A stretch of 64,000 nt of DNA from positions 1,302,001 to 1,366,000 of the forward strand of contig NW_027271711.1 in the NCBI RefSeq assembly GCF_040938485.1, read 5' to 3'. This document shows, one piece after another, positions 1-13,391 of the stretch. Positions within the stretch are counted from its first letter, which is position 1. Each line of letters begins with the position of its first letter. A program made the position numbers and the translations under genes. The stretch is from Diadema antillarum. Lineage: Eukaryota. Below the pieces are notes generated by a model. That model saw nothing but the letters and a program-made list of their open reading frames with translations. It had not been told where the DNA came from and did no database searches.

Positions 1-983
1 ATTTTTGAATAAATGGTATCAACTTTCAATAAAAAATAAAAAAATACTCTACTTCAGCTACAAATATGTATGGAACTTTTCAGTACAAAGCATTTGAACA
101 TAGCTGAGTGAGTATCAACACACAAGATTGCTAATCACAAGCAGTATGGAATGTGTGTGATTGAATATTTTTATTTCAAAAGAAAATAAGGTTTTAATGT
201 CTAAATTAATTCACTCTTTTACAAATATAGCACTTTACATTCAAAGTTGGCTGAATTGATTAAGAACAAAATGATTTTCATGCTAAAAGAAAGCATTGCT
301 TAAATTAACAAACTCCTGTTACGGGTGAGTGTGAGCAGATGAGATGCTATGTTTAGAACATTACTGAATAGCTGTGAAGAGAGCAATTGTGTTCTTTTTA
401 CATCATGCTCAAATAGCTTTATGGGAAAGTGTGCAATGCACTGTAGTGCAATCTAGCTTGAACTAGGGCTGATCTTGCAGGTACCAAAAAATTAGAAATG
501 CTTCCCTGGTTTACTTTCGAAGACTGAAACACAATTTCAAAGTGCTACATCTTATACTTTCCCATGAAAGGGCATAAAATTTGTCTTCAGATTTCATTAA
601 AGAAGAAGAAAATCTATTTTAAAATACAAAGTCAGGTACATTCAATGACATAAATGCTTTGGGGGATCTTCAGCTAATGATAAGTACACACTGTTCATAT
701 GGGTATTCGATAGAAAAGATTCACATCTTTCAAAACAGCAAATGATTTATACTACCTTCATGAATAGAAATTTTAACATTTCTGTGAAAACTGCACAAAT
801 CATGTCTTCTACTGTTGAAGGCACGATTACCAGTCAGTAATAGTTGTACTTGTTGCTATACCAAATTGCAGCATTACAAAGTCAGCTGATGAAATCAACT
901 ATGATATATGGAAGAGCCAAGTGTGATTCTACATGTACTTCTTCATCTAGAGTAAAATGAGAAGGAATATCAATGAGGGGATA

Positions 984-1350
984 TTAAAGGCATTATTTAC
1001 CATTTGCAGATTATACAAAAATCCAGCTTTAGTGCTTCAAAGTAGTTCTAAAATGTGAGTTAGGGATAGAAACAACAAAATTGATAATCAGTATAATCAA
1101 TGTTGAGTATTGTTAAATATACAAAATGTGAACAACAGTTATAATAAAATTGTTTCTAGAATTAACCATCTACAATTATTGGTTTATTGAGAAAAATAGT
1201 GATATCTCCTTACATTTTAGGCTTTATTGCACAATTTTTACCTGGTGAGAAGCTTTGTGATACAACTGACCTACACATATGCATCCAGCAAATGCGATAA
1301 CTCGAACATTTTTTTAAATCGCTGCTCCCGATGGTAAGCAATACCTTTGA
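984..1350 (+). mobile_element. Kolobok-like TTAA MITE, family A copy 1
   Basis: Starts TTAA-AGGCATTATTTACC and ends GGTAAGCAATACCT-TTGA (imperfect TIR, degraded TTAA). Interior aligns by eye with 25488-25852 (same strand) and 61011-61360 (opposite strand). TTAA with AGG...CCT termini is the Kolobok signature. Confidence 0.7.
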
Positions 1351-1397
1351 AGCAGTATATCTATCTATCAAGTTGCTCAAGTTTCATTTTCACAAGG

Positions 1398-1399
<2 letters not shown>

Positions 1400-1440
<41 letters not shown>
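1400..1440. repeat. (TA)n microsatellite
   Basis: About 20 perfect TA units. Confidence 0.95.
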
Positions 1441-1443
<3 letters not shown>

Positions 1444-2036
1444 TCCCATATATAATAACTCTCACAGAGCTTGCCACACTATCAAATCCTAAATCATCAA
1501 TGCCTATTTAAGCTACATGTACATCAACTTATATCAGTTCGTGAAAGATCACTTTAGTCTATTTGCCCAAATCCCAATATAATTTAGATATTAGATGACA
1601 ACGTGTTTATGTCTTACATGCTAACTGACAGTCCTAAAATTACAACACTGGAAATCTTGCTGTTAGGTTATCCTAACATGTGATGGAAATGGCATTTTCT
1701 CGAAAGAATGCATCTGATAGGATGGAAAGATTAGAAGCACGTCGTCTGAAATCTAGATTTTTATTTTATGTGTGTGCATGTCTTGTACAATAAATCAATT
1801 CTGCCTGCAGGTCCCAATCTGCATTCTTTTTGTGAGCAGCATTTCATCTATCTTCTGGTTGTCACACTTGTCGCTGACACATTTGAAATGTGAAAATTTC
1901 ACTTTGATTAATCAGTCTTTCGGTTAATTCCCACATTTATCAGAAACTGAGAAAGATTGGGTGTCAGGCTTTCTCTCAGTCTAAACTTCTTTTTCCCCTC
2001 CTTCCAAAGCTCCCATTTCTGTCATAGTCATTCAAA

Positions 2037-2067
<31 letters not shown>

Positions 2068-4001
2068 TACAATTTCAACCTTCTTTTTTTCTGGATGCTT
2101 ATTCAGCAGCAAACATGTAACTTCGCTCTGCAGCAAAATTTTACTTAAATTAGTTTTCCTTCCTGAATGATCCACCAGACAGAAAAAAAATATTGATCAT
2201 GGTTTAACAGATATGAATAAATCTACAAAGTCAGTTTGGACTAATTGATAGTGTTTGGTGCATCAAAATGATTAATATCAATATCAAATCCATACCATCT
2301 GTAGATAAAAATGTTACATCTAGGTTTTTCCTCAGCAGCAAATGAAAAAAAGTGGCTAAGAACATGCAAAACCATCTACAATGGTTAAGTGGAGAAGTGT
2401 ATCAATGACCCACAGTAGACACACACAAACATGTGTCAAATATTATATTTAAATGTGGATATATCCAGAAAGTGGAAAGGACTATCCTGTAAAGGATCAA
2501 GAGGAGGATTATTTAAAAGAAGCATTGTGATTCATTAGATCAGCTGTCTCCTCTGATATGGATTATTACAATTTATCACAATTAACATACAAATAGTTGT
2601 GCTACATTAAACCTGCTGATGATGATGAAAAAACATCAAACAAATTGTAACTCCTTAGACAAATTAACACTGCTCTAAAACAGGAAGAGCATAGGCAGTG
2701 AATATATTCCAAGGAAGATTAGCAGAACAATGTGAATATCATGAGAGCATAGTGATAGCATCTGATGAGACGAGAACTGTTTAGAGGTGGACGGGAAACT
2801 CACATGCAGGTATTAAGAAGAGGAAGAGAGAGAGAAAGGGAAAGGATGAATCAGAGAGAGAAGGCCATTTCACCCAGATTGGGAAATGGGAAGGAGACAG
2901 AAGACACCAAGAATCTGAATGAGAAGGATGGCTATCCGTTGGGATCTGACCATTCTAATAAATGGGAAAGCCGATCCTAGCCATTGTAATTGGGTTTGGA
3001 TGTGGGATTTACTGTATCCCTGCCACTTGGGCATTCACCATTTCATATGGCACACCCAGCCTGTCTATTCATCATTTGGCTTTCACACAAACAGCTAGAA
3101 GGAATGGCTGGATGGTAAAACTCACAGGAAATTGAAGAGGAAAGCAGAATAAAATATTTGGGCTTGGGATATATTGAACAACACTTTTTCCTTTTTCTTT
3201 GCCCAAACTGCATTCAATAGTTACTCTTAGATTTGAACTGGCATCACAGGTGTTTCTCAAAATAGTGGCTTGTTCATGTCTTTTGATGAAGCTTGCTACA
3301 CCTGGGGCACTTCATTAGTATACAAAATGGCTTGTGGCTCTGCCAAAAGTATGCATATGGATAAATGTTTTCAAACTGAGGCAGAGACGGATAGGCAGAC
3401 AGACACACACACAATGAGAGAGGGAAAGAGAGAAAGAGATAGCTCTCTCTTTATATGATGCACTACCTGCTGTATAGATTTTAAGGGCAAAGAAAGTGTT
3501 CTTGTTTGAGAGCAGGTAAACAATAATCTCTAGTGGGGAAACACACAAGCTTTACACTTTCATTAACATGAAACATGAATGAAAGAGGCAAAGCAGCAAA
3601 TCAATGAATATAACTACTTACTAGAGGGTATTTATCAAATGCTTGCTTTCCATTGGTTGCCATGCATTGTGGGTTCAGTGGGTATGGCTTCTGGTTGTAT
3701 TGCCTACTGTACTTCTGATCTTTTACACCACATGTAGTACATGTTACAATACAGTTTACACATCGTATATAGTACAATATCTTACAGCTACATAAAGAAT
3801 TCATCAAATTTTCCCACTCATAGTTTTATAATAATGTCATGAATATGTATTCCTATATCTAATGTCACAAGTCTTGTCTAGATGGCCAAGTTACTTCATT
3901 AACAATAGGTAGATTCAATGGAGAGACTACCAATGGTTTGTAGCATGAGCCTGTGAATAGCTGCACTTTTTCAGCCCATCTCTCCCTCAAACTTACAGCT
4001 T

Positions 4002-4209
4002 TCATGCTAGTTTGGCACAGGTCTCTTCAGTAGAGTTTCTTTTCTCTACAGCAAAAGTATCTAATTTCTTGCGACGGCTACCATAGTTATTCCTACAGAA
4101 AAACTGTGGTGAGCCAGCAGCATGGTCATCATGTCAAAATTTGTTCATTCGTTCAAAATGTCTTGAATAAAACCTGGAATGTTTGGTCGGTTCGAACTTG
4201 TCCTCGTTC
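4002..4209 (-). pseudogene. Degenerate THAP zinc-finger coding remnant, probably transposon-derived
   Basis: After acceptor ttcctgtacag the minus strand reads RNEDKFEPTKHSRFYSRHFE, resembling THAP 'PtkhsrlCSrHF' with Cys->Tyr (TGT->TAT). After a second acceptor ttttctgtag it reads NNYGSRRKKLDTFAVE, resembling the THAP 'RxxLkxxAVP' box. Stops follow both pieces. Confidence 0.5.
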
Positions 4210-5589
4210 CTGTACAGGAAGCTAGTTCTACACCCAAAGTATACCAAAGTGATGTAGCACCACCATCGCCGGATATCTTATACTATACTAGTACAGTCCT
4301 CACCACTTAATCGTGTAGTATCGTGCAGAGCATTTCTTGCCCGATTAAGCAGAGTACCCGATTAGCCCGAGAGTGTATAATTCTTTCATGTCACAGCTAC
4401 CACAAACTATGCACCTATCTGCATCACATACACCACATGCACGTTAGGTCACTACAGCCACAGCTTGGTTGAAGTTGCATACACAGCCTTTCCAGAAACC
4501 CCAATTACTTTTGCAATGATTTTAAGAAAATGACACACAAACCCAATGGAATTATTATGTTTTATATAACCTTGTTGATGACCAACTGCAAAGGATACTA
4601 ATAATCTGGAATCCACTGCTTGCATGAGAGCAGACTTGCCATTCATGAAAGTACGGCTACATTAGACAAGTCATATTAACATAACATTATTAATGCAACT
4701 TGCCATCGTAAACTTTGCATGCAGCTGTAAATTCTGTTGTCCACATTAATGGTAATTGCAAGTGCATTTTTTAATGAATATTTCAGTGGAGCTAGCTTGA
4801 TTTTTTGTTTTTATCGAGAACTGGATAGACACATGTAGTGATTAGTATGTCACTATGTGTGTAGTTACGGTAGAGTGTGTAGTGCTGTGTATTGGTTTGT
4901 ATACATAGCATGTATAAATGCATTTACGTAGTATTATTATTCACTGCACATTAACATGTTAAAATGTAAACCATAGCTCTCTATCGACACTCAGCGCCCT
5001 TCAGAATTTATTATTACATATATTTCAAAGACTTTCCGGATGAAACAAAGAGAATAGATGGGGCTTGTCTGGATAATTTCTACCCGTTTAACCAAAATGC
5101 CAACTCGATTATCGGGTAAACATAACATGCAACGGAACTGTCTGTTCACTCTGAATGTTAATTAAGTGAAGTATCGGATTAAGAGGTATCTGATTATGCA
5201 GAGACTACTGCAATGATAATAGTGTCAATAACTCTGGTGCCACTTTCTTCATATAGAAGATGTTAAGATATTATTCTTATTTGTAAAACAATGCAATTTG
5301 GTGAGCATGCTCTCTTCAACCCTAGCATAAAAATTGGAGGAAATATATTCCTGAGCAGTACGTGAAGCAGGGCTGAGTTTGAGCAGATTTAGCAAGAAGT
5401 TCACATCTGCAGTAGATATTGATTTTCCCCTCAAGTTTCCACATAGGATCCTTATCTGCATGGAGCACTGCATACAGGTCAGCAGAATCAATGCTAGTGG
5501 TATGCCCAGAAATGGTATGAGATGGAAGGGCGGGACAGAATCACAGCAATGGCTGAGAGATGACAGGATGGGAACAAGGCAGAGGGATA

Positions 5590-6000
5590 AGACAGAGATT
5601 AGAGAATGGGACAGACAATGTGGGGTAGGACAAAGACTAGAGAATGGGACAGACATTGTGGGGTAGGACAAAGACTAGAGAATGGGACAGAGATTAGAGA
5701 ATGGGACAGACATTGTGGGATAGGACAGAGATTAGAGAATGGGACAGACATTGTGGGGTAGGACAAAGATTACAGAATGGGACAGATATTGTGGGGTAGG
5801 ACAAAGATTACAGAATGGGAAAGACATTGTGGGGTAGGACAAAGATTACAGAATGGGACAGATAATGTGGGGTAGGACAAAGATTACAGAATGGGACAGA
5901 TATTGTGGGGTAGGACAAAGATTACAGAATGGGAAGAACATTGTGGGGTAGGACAGAGATTGAAGAATGGGACAGACAATGTGGCATAGGACAGATATCA
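5590..6000 (+). repeat. G-rich 38-bp minisatellite with degenerate flanks (about 5530-6170)
   Basis: Tandem unit AGAATGGGACAGACATTGTGGGGTAGGACAAAGATTAC, roughly 10 copies, interspersed with shorter AGAATGGGACAGAGATTAG subunits. Explains ORFs 5249-5671, 5379-5666 and 5846-6181. Confidence 0.9.
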
Positions 6001-8010
6001 CAGAACAGAGAGATGTATGGGGTGGGAGAAGTAAAAACAATAGAACAGACAGCTTGGGGTGGGACAGAGAATAAGGAATGGACAGGCAGTAAGTAGGAAG
6101 ACAGAGATTTAAGGATGGGGCAAGCATGGGGGGGGGGGCCCTAAGATTTACAAATGGGACAGAGTGGGATATTTTCTGCAATAAAGTGATATATATATAT
6201 TTTAATTTTTTGGTTATTACATACTCATCACAATCATCACTTTTGTGCCAATTCTGATGACATTTAAGAAAAGTCTAAAAAATACAGCACAGTGCAATCA
6301 AGGTAGTGTGCACAGCCATAGTGGCAACTGCAATCCTACAATAATTCGACCCTGCACACATCACACAACAGCACTAACTCATACAACACTTAACTATTGA
6401 ATAGTGTGTGTGAATGAAGGCATACTGGTACAAGTGCTCAGCTACTGAATAGTGTGTGTGATTGAAGACACAAACATGCATGCTTTTTCTCACCAGAGTT
6501 TTTTTTTTTTTTTTTTTTCCACACACACTCCATCATTCTTCACATTACACACTGAAACATCATTTAAAATCCTGACATGCAGCTTGCATCATTTGGAAAA
6601 CCTAAAGTTCAGACAAACAAAACTAAATTGTTATGAAACACACAAAAACATGAAGGAAAAGTTTATTAACATAAGTAATGTAGTAAAGTCATGAAGTTTT
6701 GATCAGAAAAAAAAAAACTCTCCATTTTTTTTTTCTGTTTTCCTCACCAAATTTGGGATGTGGCTTATCTGGCAATGCAGCCTTATCACAGGTGAATATG
6801 TTGAATAATTTGAAACTTGGCATATTCACATTAATATCATGCATTATGAAAACAAAGGAAATTATGCATACAAAGGAAAGCAAGTTAATTAAATGCAGTC
6901 ATTTCTAGTATTTCATAAAAAGACTACTTTTTCTAAATCTCAAGGAAATCATGGCCACCTAATTACATAAACGGCACCCCATCAGAAAGTCAATCTGTGT
7001 TACTTCTGTTGGTTTAGTGACAATAAGTCACCACTAAAAACAAACTAATCTGGTAAATTACAATATGGTTATAAACAGATGAACAAAGGAATATGGTGGC
7101 TGAAAAGGTACTGGTGATATATGACTGATAGACAGTGGACATTTTGGAATGAAACATACAGTTTGCATACCTGTTTACATCTTGCAGACAAAGCTTTGAA
7201 ATTGAATTATAATCTCAAGTCCAGTATGCGATTGATGTCAACCTATATACTCCTTCCTACCTAAAACTACAATTATGTTAAAGGCAGGCCAGTGCTTGTG
7301 ATTCTGTGCAATCCCTTAAAGAAGTGAGACAGTGGCACAAGCCCCTTCAAAACCACTGTGAATGGAGTATGCATCTGCAGAGTCACCAGGATTCATAGAG
7401 CTATAACCCCAAGAGGCTGTATCAGTGCATTATTTCATGAGAGGTGGGGACTTTAAGACAGAGTTAATTGGATGTGATTGATGGCTTGCCCAGTGAGAAA
7501 CAAACCGTGACTGGCTACAGCCATGCTTGGAAGGAGGAGGAAGGAGAAAGTACCAGAGGCCAAGCCAAAGTGTCAGCCCATATTTACCTTGCTAACAATC
7601 AATGAACACTGAAGAAGAGGACTGAACTATATCACTCTCCCTCTAGCTTCCTGGCTTCCCTGCATCCACTCCAATATACCACACAATTTGTCTTTAATTC
7701 CTGTAAAAGAGCTACAACCTTGGGATTCTTTAAACAAGAGCAGAAGCTTTTAAGATTGGGGATATTCATTTGAATGTTTGTATGTGTGTGGTGGATAGAG
7801 AGGCAAACTGAGGAGAAGATAAGGCTCACACAATCAGTCACCTACTTATTTACTATTTCGGTTTTAGCAAAGGGAAAAGAACATCATGATGCCACAGGTG
7901 CAAAGATCATCATAAATTCTTTCAGGTCAATAATTCCCCCTCCTCCCTAAGGGCAGATGTGAAAAGTAATGATTTCATAACTCACAACTCAGGCTCTGAA
8001 TAGCTTTAAA

Positions 8011-8047
<37 letters not shown>
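8011..8047. repeat. (GTT)n microsatellite
   Basis: About 12 TGT/GTT units. Confidence 0.95.
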
Positions 8048-8532
8048 GCTGTTTGTTTGTTTTACCTGTCCTATCAAATGTAAAGCTTACTTTCATTCAT
8101 AACATGCCACTAGCACTTCTTGCTATAATTATGAATTGCCTGCTGAAATCAGTCTCAACTCAATGACCAGTATAAGAACATTTGTTTTTCTTTGCAAATT
8201 AGTTAGATCACCTCTGAGAAACATTTGTTAATCAGAATGCATTTTAAAACTCCTTCACTGGCAGGATTGCTGCATTCCCGAAACAAAGGAAATGAAAGTG
8301 AATGAAATGAATGATGAAGTGTTCTTCAATTTGTCATTACTCAGAACACTTGTCTGAAGTAACTCTGTAGCTCAACAAGAATAACAAATGTCAGAATATT
8401 ACAATTATTTATGATCTTTATTATTTGATGTTATGACTATCACTGTCATCATCATTATTATTAGAATCCTAAAGTAGTTGTGACGGCGGTGACGGTAGCC
8501 ACCACAGATGTAAAATCATCATTATCACCCAT

Positions 8533-8690
8533 GATACAGTCAAAACCTGCTCTCGCAACCACCTGTCTATACAGGTCACCTGTTTTATGCAGCCACCACA
8601 CATTCCTCCTGATATATATCATGTGTTAAAGACCTGTGTATAACAGCTACCTGTCTAACAAGGCCAGCAGCAACCAAATTGTCTTCTTTG
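8533..8690 (+). mobile_element. Possible Tc1/pogo-type MITE left end
   Basis: TA-CAGTCAAAACCTG terminus followed by repeated ACCTGTCTA/ACCTGTGTA subterminal motifs; no matching right end seen. Confidence 0.35.
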
Positions 8691-8782
8691 GTAGCATTTT
8701 ACTGTGTTATCTATATCGTTGCCAAAAACTTTAGTAAGCTCCTTCTGTCATCATTGTGTTTTACTTTTTTTCTACTGGACTT

Positions 8783-8918
8783 NNNNNNNNNNNNNNNNNN
8801 NNNNNNNNNNNNNNNNNNNNNNNNNNNNNNNNNNNNNNNNNNNNNNNNNNNNNNNNNNNNNNNNNNNNNNNNNNNNNNNNNNNNNNNNNNNNNNNNNNNN
8901 NNNNNNNNNNNNNNNNNN
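8783..8918. other. Assembly gap (136 N)
   Basis: Run of N. Confidence 0.99.
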
Positions 8919-9269
8919 GTAACTTATAGTGGTAACTCAGAATAAAATACACTGTGCTGGCACTCAGTCACTTTGAGGTACAGCTTGTTAACTTCATCAA
9001 AGTGCCCTTGTATTGCACTATAACATAATTGGTGAAAAATTGTTCCATTTTTCATTACATGGCCTCAATGCCCATTCACTACTGTATTTATCAACTAGGG
9101 GAAATGATACAAAGCAAGTTCATCAAACAAAATACATGCATATGACCTCATAATCAGCAACTGTATATAATGGCTTTAACTTTGGTTGAGGAGAGATAAA
9201 AAAACCCAGGATTGCCTGTTTGAAGAAATCTTCGTATGTACAACATATCTATTCATCTACAGATATATG

Positions 9270-9300
<31 letters not shown>

Positions 9301-9357
9301 AATAATGATGTGCACATACACACACATGCACATATATTTTCGTTCACTGTATCTCAC

Positions 9358-9406
9358 CTCCCCTACTTTCACTGTCTGCGGGCTTGACCTGCAGCGCACG
9401 AGTCAT
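9358..9406 (-). CDS. CELF: Internal 49-nt exon of a CELF3-6 / bruno-3 / unc-75 family RNA-binding protein gene (RRM1-RRM2 linker)
   Basis: Minus strand: long pyrimidine tract ...cttttcaccctattctacag | ATG ACT CGT GCG CTG CAG GTC AAG CCC GCA GAC AGT GAA AGT AGG GGA G | gtgagat. Translation MTRALQVKPADSESRG matches the CELF3-6 motif MNRPIQVKPADSESRG(EDRKLFVGML). Phase 0 in, phase 1 out. Paralog identity cannot be assigned from 16 aa. Confidence 0.93.
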
Positions 9407-11870
9407 CTGTAGAATAGGGTGAAAAGTGGGCAAGAGAAGAAAAGCACAATAACATTTTAAACAAACATTACTGTAATAATGTTACTGATGTGCTACATAG
9501 TAAGGCATGCAGTCTCAAGAAATGTTATCTGAAGCCTAGCAAATCAGAGTTATGAGATCAATATCAGGCCTAACAGATCAAAATATTACGTCATCACCTA
9601 CCATACAAATGAAGGAACTGGTGGCACAGAAGAATGCTTATAGCTCCCCTCCCCTTGAACTGACCTGTATCAGCCCTTAAACACATTGTTTTCTTCTAGC
9701 AAATATTGAAACCTCCCCCTTATTTGGAATAGAATTCAATATCAATGTAATTTTGATTTCATCAATATTTGGAATAGCACAAAGACACCAGAAAGATTTG
9801 TACCTGGAAGCAAATACACAGAAATAATTGTTTTCAATATGAAGGTGCAAAATACTTGAAACTTTCAAAAGTATTTTGAAAACAAAGTGGAAGGGAAAAG
9901 TAAACACATAGAAACAAACACAAAGAAAAAAAAAGTTCCTCAGAATTAAAACTACGAAAACAACATCTTTGTACAGTCTGAGAGAATCGTAAGGTTTTGG
10001 GAGTCTGCGCTCATTAGAAAATTTTGCCCATCCCATTCTGATGAAAGGCTTGACTACTACTGAGAATAAATCAGAGGTGTCAGCTAAGTGCTCTGCCTAC
10101 TTTGCTAAGTTTAGTGGTTGGGCAGGCAACTCTACATTGTATAATTCCATTACTGTTCCTGGCCCCTATTTATTATTCATGGGCACAGCTGTATCGCACA
10201 CTCCCATCAGTGTAGCAAGGCGCCACCTCCTAATCCTGTTCAATCAAGTATCCTCACCCTCTTAACACGCCTCCAAGAACCCAATCATTGAATCAGGCAA
10301 CCACACCATCCCTAGTCTACTCTCGCAAACCACCTTCACAACATCCCTTCCAACTCCCACTGAATCACAGTGGTCAGTGCAGGGGATCAACACAGGTATC
10401 TGCTGTGAATCCTACCAGCATGGGATCCTTTGTTTGCAAGTCTCTATGGGTCATCTCAATGACCAAATTGATATGCAAATCACAGTAATTTCTCTTAAGA
10501 TGTGCAATAAATCTGCAAGCTTTGCACAGTTTTCATACCATTCGAATATTGTGTAACCAATAATTCAATACATATTACACACATGAACACACATGAATGA
10601 CAAATAATACAGACATACATATTTGAAATATTGCACTACAACTTTAACAGACTGCCCCATCTGAAGTGAACAGACATGTGATAAATAACTATTGCTAGTG
10701 AATCTCTGTCATCTTGCTCTATGATCTCCAAACTCCAAAACAGAAATCATTTCTTGAAACAGAAAAAGGAGAAGAATGTTCTTGTAACTCATACTTCTTC
10801 CCACCTTCGCAGAACTTACTGCAGACAATTTTTTTATACTCCCTGTACAACATTACAGCTTTCTTTGTCACTCTCATGTGTACTGCCTATTTGACCTCGA
10901 ACTGAGTAGTTGCTCTGCAATCTTCATCATGAACAATTTGAGTTAGCTTACATATTCTGCTCATTCAAATAAAAACTGAAATCATTTCCCCTGGAGAGGG
11001 AGATCTCTGCTATCAGACATAATTTCATCAATTATCAATACATTAAAAGTCATATCATGATTTCTAATGATTATACTGTTATAGTAAACAACAGTGCTTT
11101 CTAGGGCAAGTAATTGCAGTTATAATTGCACAAGAAAAAAAAAATCATCCCACACTTGTAGATCATGATCAAAGCACAGTTCAACCCTGTTTTTTTGTTT
11201 TCCTACAGAAATCCCTCTATATGCATAACATGCTTTCACTACACAAATCAACAATCAATACACACCGATACACCACATATTTTTATCAGCCTCATGTACT
11301 AATATCTCTTTTATTTCTCTACTGTAATTCCCTTTGATAACAGAAATGGACTGAGTGCTTGCATTCTTAAAACATGCATGTGCATGTTCCCCAGTATGGA
11401 AAGACCCCTTTGTTTCTCCCATTCAAACATCTTTTGATATAATAAAGTCTTATGACTTAAATAAGTCCTAAATATTACCCGAATTGCTTCCTATCATTCT
11501 GCCACTATATCATCTTCTTATCACAGTAGCTAATGATACTCTAGCTGGTATCACACGCATCAATACTACAATACACACTGACACAAGAACAATTTCACAC
11601 CATATTAAAGTTAGCCTTAACACTTCATAACAGAGAGTAAAATGCCAGAATTTCCATTTGAATTGAAAGTTTAAAAAAAAACAAGCAAAAAATGTTATCT
11701 GATGTTGACATGTTGACACCATCATATGATAGTCCCTAAGATTTGTGCACAAACTGATCTAAAAATCATGGTTTTGTTTGATATCTCTAAAACCTCAGCT
11801 CTTGTTGGCTATCCAATAACAGCTTTAAGATAATGTTAAGGATACAGGATATTCTCACTGATTTCTCTTA

Positions 11871-12935
11871 AAAACTAGAAATGTTGCTTAAATGGCGACT
11901 GGTATACCTCGGCCACAATGCATGATTCTCCTAATAGTTCTACAGTACGTCTTGAAAATGTGTGATGAAAATTTCACATAAATGGCAAATATTTAAAATA
12001 ACATGTTTGTCACAAATGTGTTGAATGTTCACTTTCCAGGTTTAATTGGATGAATAGCTATATTTTCTAAGAGAACATGTATTTGGGGATTTTAGGATTT
12101 TTACTCGACTTTTGACCCTTTTACAAGTTTATGCATTGAATGATTTTCAAGGTATGGAGAAAAAGTGTAATTTCAGTATTAAATAGCAAAATGTTTGCAT
12201 TTTACCCTGGCCTTTGACCCTTGACCTTTGACCCTATGACCCTAAAATTCCCAACAGAATCACTGTCTGGCAGAACATGCATAAATATGTACTACGTTTC
12301 ATGATGATACCTTGAGCCACTTCCAAGTATATTATGGAGGAAGAAGTGAAATTTAGCACTCTCACTTGACCTTTGACCTTTTTGGCAAAAAAAAAAAAAA
12401 ACTTTGCAGAGAATCTCTATTGGGGAATACATATATACAGTAAGTTTCAAGAAAAATCTTGCATGCATTACACAAATATGAGGGGAAAAGCGAAATTTTA
12501 ATACGTTAACCTTGACCTTTGTTTGACCCCATGATCCCAAAATTCCCTAGATAATCACTGCCAGTAAATGCATACATATGTACCAAGTTCCATGAAGATA
12601 CCCTTTAACCATTTCCGGGATATGGAGAAAAAAAGTAAAATTTTAACACATTCGCTTGACCTTTGACCCCTCACCTCATGACCCAAAACACTCTCTAGAG
12701 AACCTTTATTGGTTAGTACATTGTTAAGTTTTGAGCATTTGACCTTGACCTTTGACCTCTGACCTTGAGCATCTGCACCCAAAAGTTGATAGGCACAACT
12801 TCACCCACTCATACATATGCATGGCAAGTTTCATTAGGATACCTCAAAAGGTTTTCTAGTTACGCTGTCCACAAAATTGATTACGGACTGACAGAAGAAA
12901 GGATGGATGAGAGGACGGACAACCCGAAAACAGGG
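11871..12935 (-). mobile_element. Helentron/HINE (DINE-1-like) non-autonomous element
   Basis: AAACTAGAAATG terminus, then a short hairpin and the subterminal repeat TATACCTCGGCC. Interior is rich in TGACCTTTGACC; GGATGGA/GACGGAC microsatellite at the far end. Same family as 36708-37687 and 54105-54641. Confidence 0.7.
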
Positions 12936-13391
12936 ACAGGGACATCATATCACTATTCTTGCATTATATGCATGCGTGTTTCACACCGATATAACTAAAT
13001 TTGTTTTTGTGCAAACTTGTGGCACTTCAAATAGCCCATAACTTTCTAATGTTCAATCTAAGTGAAACTGCCATCACTGCCTATTGGTTACACTGGAAAA
13101 CTAGGCTGCATCTTTCAGAATCAGAGAAGTGTCAACATTGGAATGTGAAAAAGGTGTGATTTTTATGGTGAACTCACTGCGTCTTACTTTCTCTCACCAA
13201 TCGCCAGCATACACATTTGTCATAGCCTTTTTTTTTGTAAAATGTTTGATGGACTTGCAAACAGAACTTTGCTGATTTGAGGTAAATATCATCCCGAAGA
13301 AATATGTTTTGCTATTTATCTTTGTTACATCATATATCAACAGCCAGGAGTTTAGGCTCTACAATGCTATGTAAATAATCTGTCATTTTCT

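Noticed and set aside
4292-5210. Possible pogo/Tigger element and ORF 4452-4646
   Set aside because: The left end TACAGTC is suggestive, but the right-end match is weak and I recognised no transposase motif in either strand.
5249-6181. ORFs of 140, 95 and 111 aa; regular 38-bp repeat superficially like a CRISPR array
   Set aside because: The ORFs are translations of the minisatellite. The units are contiguous with no unique spacers and the context is eukaryotic.
8679-8952. ORFs spanning N gaps (also 28263-28758, 41435-41964, 44329-44787)
   Set aside because: They are open only because X codons hide stops.
10040-10490. GC-elevated unique block with a CCAAT and two short ORFs just upstream of the CELF exon
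   Set aside because: No splice-flanked exon, recognisable domain or motif cluster strong enough to call.
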